From Macrostomum lignano (taxonomy: Eukaryota): a stretch of DNA of 64,000 bases. This document shows positions 1-11,700 of the stretch, piece by piece; within the stretch, counting starts at the first letter, position 1; every line of letters begins with the position of its first letter. Both the position numbers and the translations under genes were made by a program. Under the pieces are notes generated by a model that was not told the DNA's origin, made no database searches, and worked only from the letters and a program-made list of their open reading frames with translations. The stretch lies in the NCBI GenBank assembly GCA_002269645.1, contig NIVC01000244.1:13223-77222 (forward strand). The letters are read 5' to 3'.

Positions 1-1830
1 TGAATAAGTGACTGGCAGACAGACAGTGACACAGGTGAATAAGTGACTGGCAGACAGACAGTGACACAGGTGAATAAGTGACAGACAGTCAGACCTTAGA
101 CACAGGTGAATAAGTGACTGGCAGACAGACAGTGACACAGGTGAATAAGTGACAGACAGTCAGACCTTAGACACAGGTGAATAAGTGACTGGCAGACAGA
201 CAGTGACACAGGTGAATAAGTGACTGGCAGACAGACAGTGACACAGGTGAATAAGTGACTAGCAGACAGACAGTGACACAGGTGAATAAGTGACTGGCAG
301 ACAGACAGTGACACAGGTGAATAAGTGACTGACAGACAGACCTTAGACACAGGTGAATAAGTGACTGACAGACAGACCTTAGACACAGGTGAATAAGTGA
401 CTGACAGACAGACCTTAGACACAGGTGAATAAGTGACTGACAGACAGACCTTAGACACAGGTGAATAAGTGACTGACAGACAGACCTTAGACACAGGTGA
501 ATAAGTGACTGGCAGACAGACAGTGACACAGGTGAATAAGTGACTGGCAGACAGACAGTGACACAGGTGAATAAGTGACAGACAGTCAGACCTTAGACAC
601 AGGTGAATAAGTGACTGGCAGACAGACAGTGACACAGGTGAATAAGTGACTAGCAGACAGACAGTGACACAGGTGAATAAGTGACTGGCAGACAGACAGT
701 GACACAGGTGAATAAGTGACAGACAGTCAGACCTTAGACACAGGTGAATAAGTGACAGGCAGACAGACAGTGACACAGGTGAATAAGTGACAGACAGTCA
801 GACCTTAGACACAGGTGAATAAGTGACTGGCAGACAGACAGTGACACAGGTGAATAAGTGACAGACAGACAGACCTTAGACACAGGTTAATAAGTGACTG
901 GCAGACAGACAGTGACACAGGTGAATAAGTGACAGACAGACAGACCTTAGACACAGGTGAATAAGTGACAGGCAGACAGACAGTGACACAGGTGAATAAG
1001 TGACTAGCAGACAGACAGTGACACAGGTGAATAAGTGACTGGCAGACAGACAGTGACACAGGTGAATAAGTGACAGACAGACAGACCTTAGACACAGGTG
1101 AATAAGTGACTGGCAGACAGACAGTGACACAGGTGAATAAGTGACAGGCAGACAGACAGTGACACAGGTGAATAAGTGACAGACAGACATACCTTAGACA
1201 CAGGTGAATAAGTGACTGGCAGACAGACAGTCACACAGGTGAATAAGTGACTGGCAGACAGACAGTGACACAGGTGAATAAGTGACTGGCAGACAGACAG
1301 TGACACAGGTGAATAAGTGACTGGCAGACAGACAGTGACACAGGTGAATAAGTGACTGGCAGACAGACAGTGACACAGGTGAATAAGTGACTAGCAGACA
1401 GACAGTGACACAGGTGAATAAGTGAGTGGCAGACAGACAGTGACACAGGTGAATAAGTGACAGACAGTCAGACCTTAGACACAGGTGAATAAGTGACTGG
1501 CAGACAGACAGTGACACAGGTGAATAAGTGACTAGCAGACAGACAGTGACACAGGTGAATAAGTGACAGACAGACATACCTTAGACACAGGTGAATAAGT
1601 GACTGGCAGACAGACAGTCACACAGGTGAATAAGTGACTGGCAGACAGACAGTGACACAGGTGAATAAGTGACTGGCAGACAGACAGTGACACAGGTGAA
1701 TAAGTGACTGGCAGACAGACAGTGACACAGGTGAATAAGTGACTGGCAGACAGACAGTGACACAGGTGAATAAGTGACTGGCAGACAGACAGTGACACAG
1801 GTGAATAAGTGACTGGCAGACAGACAGTGA
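1..1830. repeat. Minisatellite, interspersed 35/36-bp units (GACACAGGTGAATAAGTGACTGGCAGACAGACAGT and GACACAGGTGAATAAGTGACAGACAGTCAGACCTTA), intronic
   Basis: Directly visible tandem array of about 50 units; it explains the repetitive minus-strand ORFs at 96-2119. Confidence 0.97.
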
Positions 1831-2300
1831 CACAGGTAGACAGAGTGACACTGGCAGATAGAGTGACACAGGTAGACAGTGACACTGGCAGACAGACAGA
1901 GAGATACAAACAGAGTGACACTGGCAGACAGTCCGAGTGACACTGGCAGACAGGCAGAGTGACACTGGCAGACAGGCAGAGTGACAATAGCAGACAGGCA
2001 GAGTGACAATAGCAGACAGGCAGAGTGACACTAGCAGACAGGCAGAGTGACACTAGCAGACAGGTAGAGTGACAATAGCAGACAGGCAGAGTGACACTGG
2101 CAGACAGGCAGAGTGACACTAGCAGACAGGCAGAGTGACACTAGCAGACAGGCAGAGTGACAATAGCAGACAGGCAGAGTGACACTAGCAGACAGGCAGA
2201 GTGACACTAGCAGACAGGTAGAGTGACAATAGCAGACAGGCAGAGTGACAATAGCAGACAGGCAGAGTGACACTAGCAGACAGGCAGAGTGACACTGGCA
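1831..2300. repeat. 22-bp minisatellite (GAGTGACACTGGCAGACAGGCA), intronic, abutting a splice donor
   Basis: Directly visible; the array ends about 5 bp from the GT donor at 2306. Confidence 0.95.
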
Positions 2301-2306
2301 GCTCAC

Positions 2307-3093
2307 CCGCCGTATAAAAGACCCCCTTGGCGGCCAGGAAGACCACAGCCAGGACTGCCAGCAGCACGGCGGTCAGGTAGACGCCAACCAGGGCCCGCTG
2401 GCGCAGCTTCTTTCGCCTGACGCGTCGCTGCTCTTCCGGCGAGTCCGGCGTCAGCCTCGAGTCCACGTGCAACTCAGCAGCGGCAGACTCGGCGCAGCCG
2501 GTTGCCGCCAGCTGTTGCTGCGTTGACGAAGCGACAGAGGCTGCCAACGAGCGGATCGACGCCTCGATGTGCTGCCGCTGCTGCCGGAGCTGCTGTAGCT
2601 GACGCAGCTCGTCGTCGTCCTCGTCGCCGTGGTAATTGGCGAGGTTTCCGTCGACCGTGTCGTTTGGCAGAGTCAGCAGAAACGACGGCGGCGTCAGAGT
2701 CCGGCCGCCAGTTGACGGCGTCGGCGTTGCCGAATTTGACGACGGCGGGGGCGGCTCGGCCAGCCGGAGGACCCGCAGGCGCGGGCAGCCGGCGGCCAGG
2801 TGCGCCTCCGCCGCGGACGCTGGGTGGTGCAGCTCCACAGAGCCGCCAATGTCACCGGAGCCACCCAGCAGCGACCGGGAAGCCGACAGGTTCTCGGCCC
2901 GGTGGCGCTCCTTGCTGTGCTCGCTGTGCGCGAACCGGAAGCCGCCGCCTGCAGATGAAGATCCGGCGGACGCCCCTCCAGTTGCCGCCGACACAGAGCC
3001 AGCCACAGAGGAGGGCCGCCGGCCGCTGCCGCCGCCGCTACCGCCGCCGCCGCCTCCTCGACCAGCTGAGCCAGTCCACAGTGAGGTCTGCAT
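2307..3093 (-). CDS. First coding exon of an unidentified single-pass (probably type II) membrane protein; the gene continues beyond the left edge
   Basis: ATG at 3093; long GC-rich, non-repetitive open frame; a basic patch RRVRRKKLRQR followed by the hydrophobic stretch ALVGVYLTAVLLAVLAVVFLAA; consensus donor GG|GTGAG at 2306; TATA box about 120 bp upstream. Confidence 0.7.
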
Positions 3094-3210
3094 TGAAGGG
3101 ACCGCGCGATCGACTGTAGCAGTTGCAGCGCTTTTGGGTTTTTAATATCGCTTTGGGTCGAGAGGGGGGGCAACTGCTGCTGTTGTAATTTTGCACTCGC
3201 GGGGTCGCCT

Positions 3211-3217
3211 ATTTATA
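3211..3217 (-). promoter_or_regulatory. TATA box (TATAAAT) upstream of the 3093 ATG
   Basis: ATTTATA on the plus strand in a GC-rich context; position suits a short 5' UTR. Confidence 0.5.
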
Positions 3218-4504
3218 GCTGGCTGCAATTGCGGCTAGCGTGCAAACTGAGCCTCTTAACGGAGAGAGCGCACGGCGAGCAGCGGCTGAGATGGATGGAC
3301 TATAGAGAGCCAAACGGTTACTCGCTCGTGGTGCGTGCCACTTGTTTCTCCGCTTCTCTCTGCCTCTCTGTCTGTGCGCGCGCTGAAGTGCGACTTGCGG
3401 CAGAGGTCGCGTTCGGCTCTCACCGAAACTAAAGTAGTTTAAAGGATTTTCTCTCTACTCTTTCGGGTTGCTGCATGGCTGGCCGCGCACACGAAAGACT
3501 GACAGTTGCGAGACAGTAGAGAGCGCACACGATGTGGGCCAAGACAGCGGGGCAGAGAGGGCTGTCGCAGCCAAATCAAATTGCGGTCTCCTCTGTAATA
3601 ATTTCTCCCCTTTAATTCTCTCTCTGAATTCTTCTACTGTTTTTCGTTTCCGTTGGTTGGCCGCTGCTCCAAGGTGAAAGGAAAATACTGAAAAAGTGCT
3701 TCTAGCGGTAGTTTAAGTGAGATCTTCATGCTATGGAATTGATTGTTTGCTCTCCAACGGCAAGAGCACCGACTCCCCTGGGCTACTCGGCAAACACATT
3801 CGTTATGGGAATGGAACTAGTGAATATTGGAATTTTATTAACACTCATTTTTAGCGCGTATAGCACGTATATACCTGACCGTGCGATTGCTCCATCAACC
3901 AGAGGGCTGCTCCATGGCAACCGATATGCCTCTCGAGCTGTTCTCAGCAGCAGTGAAGTCTGCAGTACTACAGAGCCTCGCTCAGACTGTTAAGAAACGC
4001 GTCTGCAATGCGTGCAGTCTGACGCGGCAGTTCAACCGTGAGGGTTTGCAGGAGCCGCGGTAACAGCTGCAGGAGGGAAGTCCAGCTTTAAATACAGCCC
4101 GGGCCAGCCAGAGGCTTCAATATACAGTAAATAGCCACGGCTGAGGGATCAAGCGCAGGGGATTTGAATCCCCTTCTAAATGCAAATACACGCGGCAGAA
4201 GCTGTCGCCCATTCAGCACAGGGGGGGGGGTTGCCAGAGGCCCCGCAGCTCTAACCTCTATGGCTCCCCCGCGTCTCTCCGTGTGGGAGAGCCTGTGTGC
4301 TCACAGCGATCTCATCTTTTATCACTATCACTCTATGCACTCGTTCACCCGCCATTCTTTCACTCTTGCAATCAACCAATTCACATCTAAGTGACTCTCC
4401 CCAGTACCACATTCACTAGCTCCTACGCTCGTACATGTACAGTTAGGTCCCTCATGAGACCCCTTATTTACTTAGCCGTACTACACCCCCGCCCTGTCAC
4501 ACTG

Positions 4505-5975
4505 ACCCCAATCCCCCAGTAGTCACTCCAGACACGCTGACCCAAACTGACTCCAATCCCCCAGTAGTCACTCCAGACACGCTGACCCCAACCCCCAGTA
4601 GTCACTCCAGACACGCTGACCCCAACCCCCAGTAGTCACTCCAGACACGCTGACCCCAACCCCCAGTAGTCACTCCAGACACGCTGACCCAAACTGACCC
4701 AATCCCCCAGTAGTCACTCCAGACACGCTGACCCCAACCCCCAGTAGTCACTCCAGACACGCTGACCCCAACCCCCAGTAGTCACTCCAGACACGCTGAC
4801 CCAAACTGACCCCAATCCCCCAGTAGTCACTCCAGACACGCTGACCCCAACCCCCAGTAGTCACTCCAGACACGCTGACCCAAACTGACCCCAATCCCCC
4901 AGTAGTCACTCCAGACACGCTGACCCCAATCCCCCAGTAGTCACTCCAGACACGCTGACCCCAATCCCCCAGTAGTCACTCCAGACACGCTGACCCCAAC
5001 CCCCAGTAGTCACTCCAGACACGCTGACCCCAACCCCCAGTAGTCACTCCAGACACGCTGACCCCAACCCCCAGTAGTCACTCCAGACACGCTGACCCCA
5101 ACCCCCAGTAGTCACTCCAGACACGCTGACCCAAACTGACCCCAATCCCCCAGTAGTCACTCCAGACACGCTGACCCCAACCCCCAGTAGTCACTCCAGA
5201 CACGCTGACCCCAACCCCAGTAGTCACTCCAGACACGCTGACCCAAACTGACCCCAATCCCCCAGTAGTCACTCCAGACACGCTGACCCCAACCCCCAGT
5301 AGTCACTCCAGACACGCTGACCCCAACCCCCAGTAGTCACTCCAGACACGCTGACCCAAACTGACCCCAATCCCCCAGTAGTCACTCCAGACACGCTGAC
5401 CCCAACCCCCAGTAGTCACTCCAGACACGCTGACCCCAACCCCCAGTAGTCACTCCAGACACGCTGACCCAAACTGACCCCAATCCCCCAGTAGTCACTC
5501 CAGACACGCTGACCCCAATACCCCAGTAGTCACTCCAGACACGCTGACCCCAATACCCCAGTAGTCACTCCAGACACGCTGACCCCAAACTGACCCCAAT
5601 CCCCCAGTAGTCACTCCAGACACGCTGACCCCAAACTGACCCCAATACCCCAGTAGTCACTCCAGACACGCTGACCCCAAACTGACCCCAATCCCCCAGT
5701 AGTCACTCCAGACACGCTGACCCCAAACTGACCCCAATACCCCAGTAGTCACTCCAGACACGCTGACCCCAAACTGACCCCAATACCCCAGTAGTCACTC
5801 CAGACACGCTGACCCCAATACCCCAGTAGTCACTCCAGACACGCTGACCCCAAACTGACCCCAATCCCCCAGTAGTCACTCCAGACACGCTGACCCCAAT
5901 ACCCCAGTAGTCACTCCAGACACGCTGACCCCAATACCCCAGTAGTCACTCCAGACACGCTGACCCCAATCCCCC
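4505..5975. repeat. Minisatellite, 34-46-bp units (CCCCCAGTAGTCACTCCAGACACGCTGACCCCAA with or without an ACTGACCCCAAT insert)
   Basis: Directly visible tandem array. Confidence 0.96.
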
Positions 5976-6667
5976 AGACAATCACTCACTTGTCTGACTA
6001 CCTTAGCAATCAGTCAATCTCATATCATGCATCTATACTAAATGCTCCCCTACTCATTCTCAATTTGGGTGTAGATCCTGCATGTTGTACTTGCATAACT
6101 TAGCAGAACTCACCCCCTCGCATTGGGGAGGTGGCAAGGAACGCCTGAGCACTGCATATTTGCTACTCGCATTGGCACAGCATGCGCCCAGACTGACCAG
6201 TGAAGCACACAAAAATTCTGCACTAAAACAAAACGATATGATTTATTATTTTCTTCTCGTACCCAATGCTCGTATGCGTGAGACGCTGGCCGTAGCAACC
6301 ACAATAACCACCAAATCCAATGCACTGTTCTCAAAGTTATATAAAAAATAGAAGAGGAACTGAGATATTGATTTAATTTAAAATAGAATTACATTAAGGA
6401 AATTTAAGTACTATTACATTCTATTAATTTGTATACTACTTCCATGGTAATAATATTTCGCGAAAGTAAAGGGGTAAAATGTCATGAATGATTGCACACA
6501 ATTCGACACAAATGTGGCTGGGACAAAATAGCAGAAAGAAAGATTGTATAAAACAAGACAATTTTGTCAAACAAGACAAAATAACACATTTAGACAGGGT
6601 AAAATAAAATACCCATCTAAACGAAATTAAGGGAACAAAAATATATGGCGCTGAAATCAACGGGTCT

Positions 6668-7000
6668 CCGATTGGCTGGCCAATCAGTGCCTATATATCT
6701 TTAGCTAGTCTCTAATTGGCTAGAGAATCAGTGCCTACATCTCTAGCTAGTCTCTAACTGGCTGACCAATCAGTGCCTGCATATCTCTAGCTAGTCTCTA
6801 ACTGGCTGACCAATCAGTGCCTGCATATCTCTAGCTAGTCTCTAATTGGCTGGCCAATCAGTGCCTGTACATGTATATCTCTAGCTAGTCTCTCATTGGC
6901 TGGTGAATCAGTGCCTGCATATCTCTAGCTAGTCTTTAATTGGCTGACCAATCAGTGCCTGTATATCTCTAGCTAGTCTCTAATTGGCTGGCCAATCAGC
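6668..7000. repeat. About 43-bp degenerate tandem repeat containing ATTGGCTG(A/G)CCAATCAG and TCTCTAGCTAGTCTC
   Basis: About 7-8 units visible. Confidence 0.85.
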
Positions 7001-7617
7001 TACTTTACATGAAACACATCAATAGCGGAAGGGATCCAGTGGATGAGAGTAACTGTTGAATAGTAAAAAGCATTCTAAATATAAAGATAATAAAAAAAAC
7101 AAGGCTGAGAGCCCTGAAGCGACTAGAAAACCTTTGCAGTTCGGACTAGAGAGAGAGAGCGCGCGCAGCTGCAAACGATAGGAACAGCATTTAGGATATT
7201 CACAATGCATGATTGACTCTAACAAATTGAAATATGGATCACAGACTGTGTAAAAATAATTCGTGCGAAATGACTTTAGCTAAGATAAATAAACTGTACA
7301 AAATTCGCTGCGCACCTACTTATAGTAGTAGAATGCTTTAGGTCAGTAATACGCCATCTCTATATGCATAAGTTAGTTTAGCAAGCTCAGGGATTGAATA
7401 ACACAGAAATTAATAAAAAAACAGACTCACTTAATGCGGATACAAGTTTAAAAAAACCAGAGTATTTTTAACATCACAGCAGCGTTATCGGTGGACCGGC
7501 GTTATCGGTGGACTTCATGCACCGGCTTTGCCTATGACAGTCGAGTGTGAACTAACTGACTTTGGAAAGCTTTTATCTTAATGAAGTCTAGAGTGATTGC
7601 ACATTCTGACCGCAGCC

Positions 7618-8220
7618 ACTGAGGATCTGGGAGGCTGGCCCAGCAACTGAGGATCTGGGAGGCTGGCCCAGCAACTGAGGATCTGGGAGGCTGGCCCAGC
7701 AACTGAGGATCTGGGAGGCTGGCCCAGTAACTGAGGATCTGGGAGGCTGGCCCAGCAACTGAGGATCTGGGAGGCTGGCCCAGCAACTGAGGATCTGAGA
7801 GGCTGACCCAGCAACTGAGGATCTGGGAGGCTGGCCCAGCAACTGAGGATCTGGGAGGCTGGCCCAGTAACTGAGGATCTGGGAGGCTGGCCCAGCAACT
7901 GAGGATCTGGGAGGCTGGCCCAGCAACTGAGGATCTGGGAGGCTGGCCCAGCAACTGAGGATCTGGGAGGCTGGCCCAGCAACTGAGGATCTGGGAGGCT
8001 GGCCCAGTAACTGAGGATCTGGGAGGCTGGCCCAGCAACTGAGGATCTGGGAGGCTGGCCCAGTAACTGAGGATCTGGGAGGTTGGCCCAGCAACTGAGG
8101 ATCTGGGAGGCTGGCCCAGCAACTGAGGATCTGGGAGGCTGGCCCAGCAACTGAGGATCTGGGAGGCTGGCCCAGCAACTGAGGATCTGAGAGGCTGACC
8201 CAGCGACTGAGGATCTGGGA
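7618..8220. repeat. 28-bp minisatellite (ACTGAGGATCTGGGAGGCTGGCCCAGCA), about 21 copies, immediately 3' of the par-3 stop codon
   Basis: Directly visible. Confidence 0.96.
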
Positions 8221-8230
8221 GACAGGCGAT

Positions 8231-8750
8231 TCAAGCAAGCAGAGGTGCAGCTGCAGTCAAAAGCACATTATTAAAAGAATTATTAGGAGTCGCTAACTGG
8301 CTGCAGTTTCCGATTCTTGATGACGGTGGCGTAGAGCTCTTCGCCAACCACAGCGCTGACAGAGGGGGCGCCACCAGCACTGCCAGCAGCTGCTTCAGCA
8401 CCGGCCGCGCCAGCCCCGCCTGCGTGCTGTGCGGACTGTAGCGCGCCGGCGGCGGCGGTGGCAACGGCGGCGGAGTCGGCGGCGGAGGTGGCAGCGGCGG
8501 CGGCTGCGTAGGCGGCGGAGGCGGCGGCGGCGGTTGCGGAGGCGGCGGGGACAGCGGCGGCGGGGAGGAGACAAGCCAGGCGTGGCCCGAATCGGGCCTG
8601 AGGCCGCCAGAATTGGACGGCGGCTCCGAGCTGTCCAGCTTGATGGCCAGCGGGCGCGGACTGCCGCCCTGGTTGCGGTGCTGCTGCGTCAGCTGCTGCT
8701 GCTGCAGCTGGTGCTGGTGCTGCGACTTTGACCGACCGGGCCGACGAAGT
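8231..8750 (-). CDS. par-3: par-3 exon 9 (terminal, Q/P-rich)
   Basis: Acceptor ATTCTCAG|A (phase 2) gives FKLRRPGRSK...; stop at 8231-8233. Confidence 0.7.
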
Positions 8751-11700
8751 CTGAGAATAGTGGGGACTTGGTAAATAAATATATTTAGCAAAGATATCAG
8801 TAAGACTGAGGCACGCGGAACTGGAAACACCACCAGACGAAAGCTCCTTGAAGACACCATCCGTGAGGACCCATTTCTGAGAAGACACATCTCTGAAGAC
8901 ACAGAATTGAAGACACTCTTGAGGACAAATTTCTAAAGACATTTCTAAAGACACCCCCGAAGCCACATCCTTTAAGACAAATCCCGAAAACACATCCCTG
9001 AAGACACATTCTTGAAGACACATCCCTGAAGACACATCCCTGAAGACACATCCGAAAGACACATTCTTGAAGACACATCCCTGAAGACACATCCCTGAAG
9101 ACACATCCGAAAGACACATTCTTGAAGACACATCCCTGAAGACACATCCGAAAGACACATTCTTGAAGACACATCCCTGAAGACACATTCTTGAAGACAC
9201 ATTCTTGAAGACACATCCCTGAAGACACATTCTTGAAGACACATCCCTGAAGACACATTCTTGAAGACACATTCTTGAAGACACATCCCTGAAGACACAT
9301 TCTTGAAGACACATTCTTGAAGACACATCCCTGAAGACACATTCTTGAAGACACATTCTTGAAGACACATCCCTGAAGACACATTCTTGAAGACACATTC
9401 TTGAAGACACATCCCTGAAGACACATCCCTGAAGACACATCCCTGAAGACACATCCGAAAGACACATTCTTGAAGACACATCCCTGAAGATACATCCCAA
9501 AGACACATTCTTGAAGACACATCCCTGAAGACACATCCGAAAGACACATTCTTAAAGACACATCCCTGAAGACACATCCCTGAAGACACATCTAAAACGG
9601 TACCTAACGGAGTTATTAGGCATGGGAGAGTTTTGATCGGATATCATAGATGTCGATATGAAAAATCAATTATCAATAAGCCATCAGCTCACTTGAACAG
9701 GCCGCGCAAGAAGCCTCTTTTGCCGCCAGACTGCGGCGGCTGAGCATTTAACTGAGTCGCAGGCTGAGGAGTCTGGGGAGGATGCTGATGGTGCTGCCGC
9801 TGCTCCCTAGGCAGACCGGATGGCAGCGGCACAGTAGGTGGCAGAATTGGCGGCAGCGGCACCGGCACAGCCTCCGCCCGATGCTCCATCAGCACCAGAG
9901 CCTGCCGATTGATATGATCGAAGCAGTGCAATCCGCTCTGAGCAGCCGCCCTGAGCACACCAGCCGTGTTCTCATAATCGGCCGATGCGGCTTTATTATG
10001 GTCACTGCCATTGTTGTCGCTGGAGCCGCCGGACAGAGAAGCAGCGGCGGATGAGGAGGACGAGCGGGAGGACGAGGAGTCGTAACCAACGTTGTTGTTC
10101 ACGCTGTAGTACAGCTGCTGCTGCTGCTGCTGGGGACGGCTGGCGCTGCTGAACGGGGCTGCTGTAAAATAATTGCAACAGAAAGATGTTCGCTACTGGC
10201 TACTATCAGTTGAGTAGTAAGATGGTAGGCTCTGGCCATTCACTGCTGCTCAAGCGCTGCCGCCCTATCGCAGCAGGGGGACTGGAGCTAAGATCAGTTT
10301 TCCATTCTATCACTGTGGCTCCCTGTAGGCGTAGGGGGACCCGAGCATACTAACCACAGCCAACTCTGCTTAACTTGCAGCACTGGCCCACTCCAGCTTA
10401 TATTCACTCGCCTAGTTGTGAAGCAAGTTTAAAAACACAAAAATAATTAAATTAAACTTGGGGACTCGAACCTAGGACCACCGACGGGAGTTTCCAGGGA
10501 AGAGTAAAATACCATTAATTAAATGAAACGAAAATTGGGACTCGAACCTAGGACCACCGACAGGGAGCTTCAAGGCTAAGAGTAAATACAATCAAATAAA
10601 TGAAACGAAAATTGGGACTCGAACCTAGGACCACCGACGGGAGCTTAGAGTAAATACCATCAATTAAATGTAACTAAGCTTGAGACTCGAACCTAGGACC
10701 ACCGACCGGGGTTCCAAGGCTGCACCTGCTGTTTCCGACGAAGTAGCCGCCGTAGTAGAACTGGCACCGCAGTCGCTGTTAACATCGGCAGCGACGACTG
10801 CCTCGATGGCTGAACGACGCCTGGCTGGTCGATGGGTGCGCAGCTGCACTACGCTGCCGCAACCTGACGGGGGGCTGGCCACGCTGCTGCGGGGTTAATT
10901 AGCCATTGATTGGGAATCATGGCCGAATGGCTAAATACCGGTTGGGGAAGATATCTGTTGGGGATACCTAAATACCGATTAGGGATGCCTAAATACCGGT
11001 TGGGGAAGATATCTGTTGGGGATACCTAAATACCGATTAGGGATGCCTAAATACCGGTTGGGGAAGATATCTGTTGGGGATACCTAAATACCGATTAGGG
11101 ATGCCTAAATACCGGTTGGGGAAGATATCTGTTGGGGATACCTAAATACCGATTAGGGATGCCTAAATACCGGTTGGGGAAGATATCTGTTGGGGATACC
11201 TAAATACCGATTAGGGATGCCTAAATACCGGTTGGGGAAGACATCTGTTGGGGATACCTAAATACCGATTAGGGATGCCTAAATACCGGTTGGGGAAGAT
11301 ATCTGTTGGGGATACCTAAATACCGATTAGGGATGCCTAAATACCGGTTGGGGAAGATATCTGTTGGGGATACTCAAATACCGGTTGGGGATACCTAAAT
11401 ACCGGTTGGAGATACCTAAATACCGGTTGGAGATACCTAAATACCGGTTGGGGGTACCTAAATACCGGTTGGGGATACCTAAATACCGGTTGGGGATACC
11501 TAAATACCGGTTGGGGATACCTAAATACCGGTTGGGGGTACCTAAATACCGGTTGGGGATACCTAAATACCGGTTGGGGGTACCTAAATACCGGTTGGGG
11601 ATACCTAAATACCGGTTGGGGATACCCAAATACCGGTTGGGGATACCCAATTACCGGTTGGTGATACCTAAATACCGATTGGGGATACCCAAATACCGAT

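Noticed and set aside
96-2119. Long Cys/Ser/Leu/Val-rich ORFs (also 7532-8238, 8797-9591, 11327-11714, 16345-17158, 20074-20718, 22384-23103, 27231-28180 and 29206-29676)
   Set aside because: Translations of tandem repeats that happen to lack stops
2502-3173. Plus-strand and alternative-frame ORFs overlapping GC-rich exons (also 8429-8731, 14602-15105, 31589-32047 and 33492-34230)
   Set aside because: Antisense shadows of real coding exons in GC-rich, stop-poor sequence
6436-6660. Hydrophobic ORF resembling a GPCR TM7/helix 8
   Set aside because: AT-rich sequence gives hydrophobic translations; no NPxxY motif and no upstream exons
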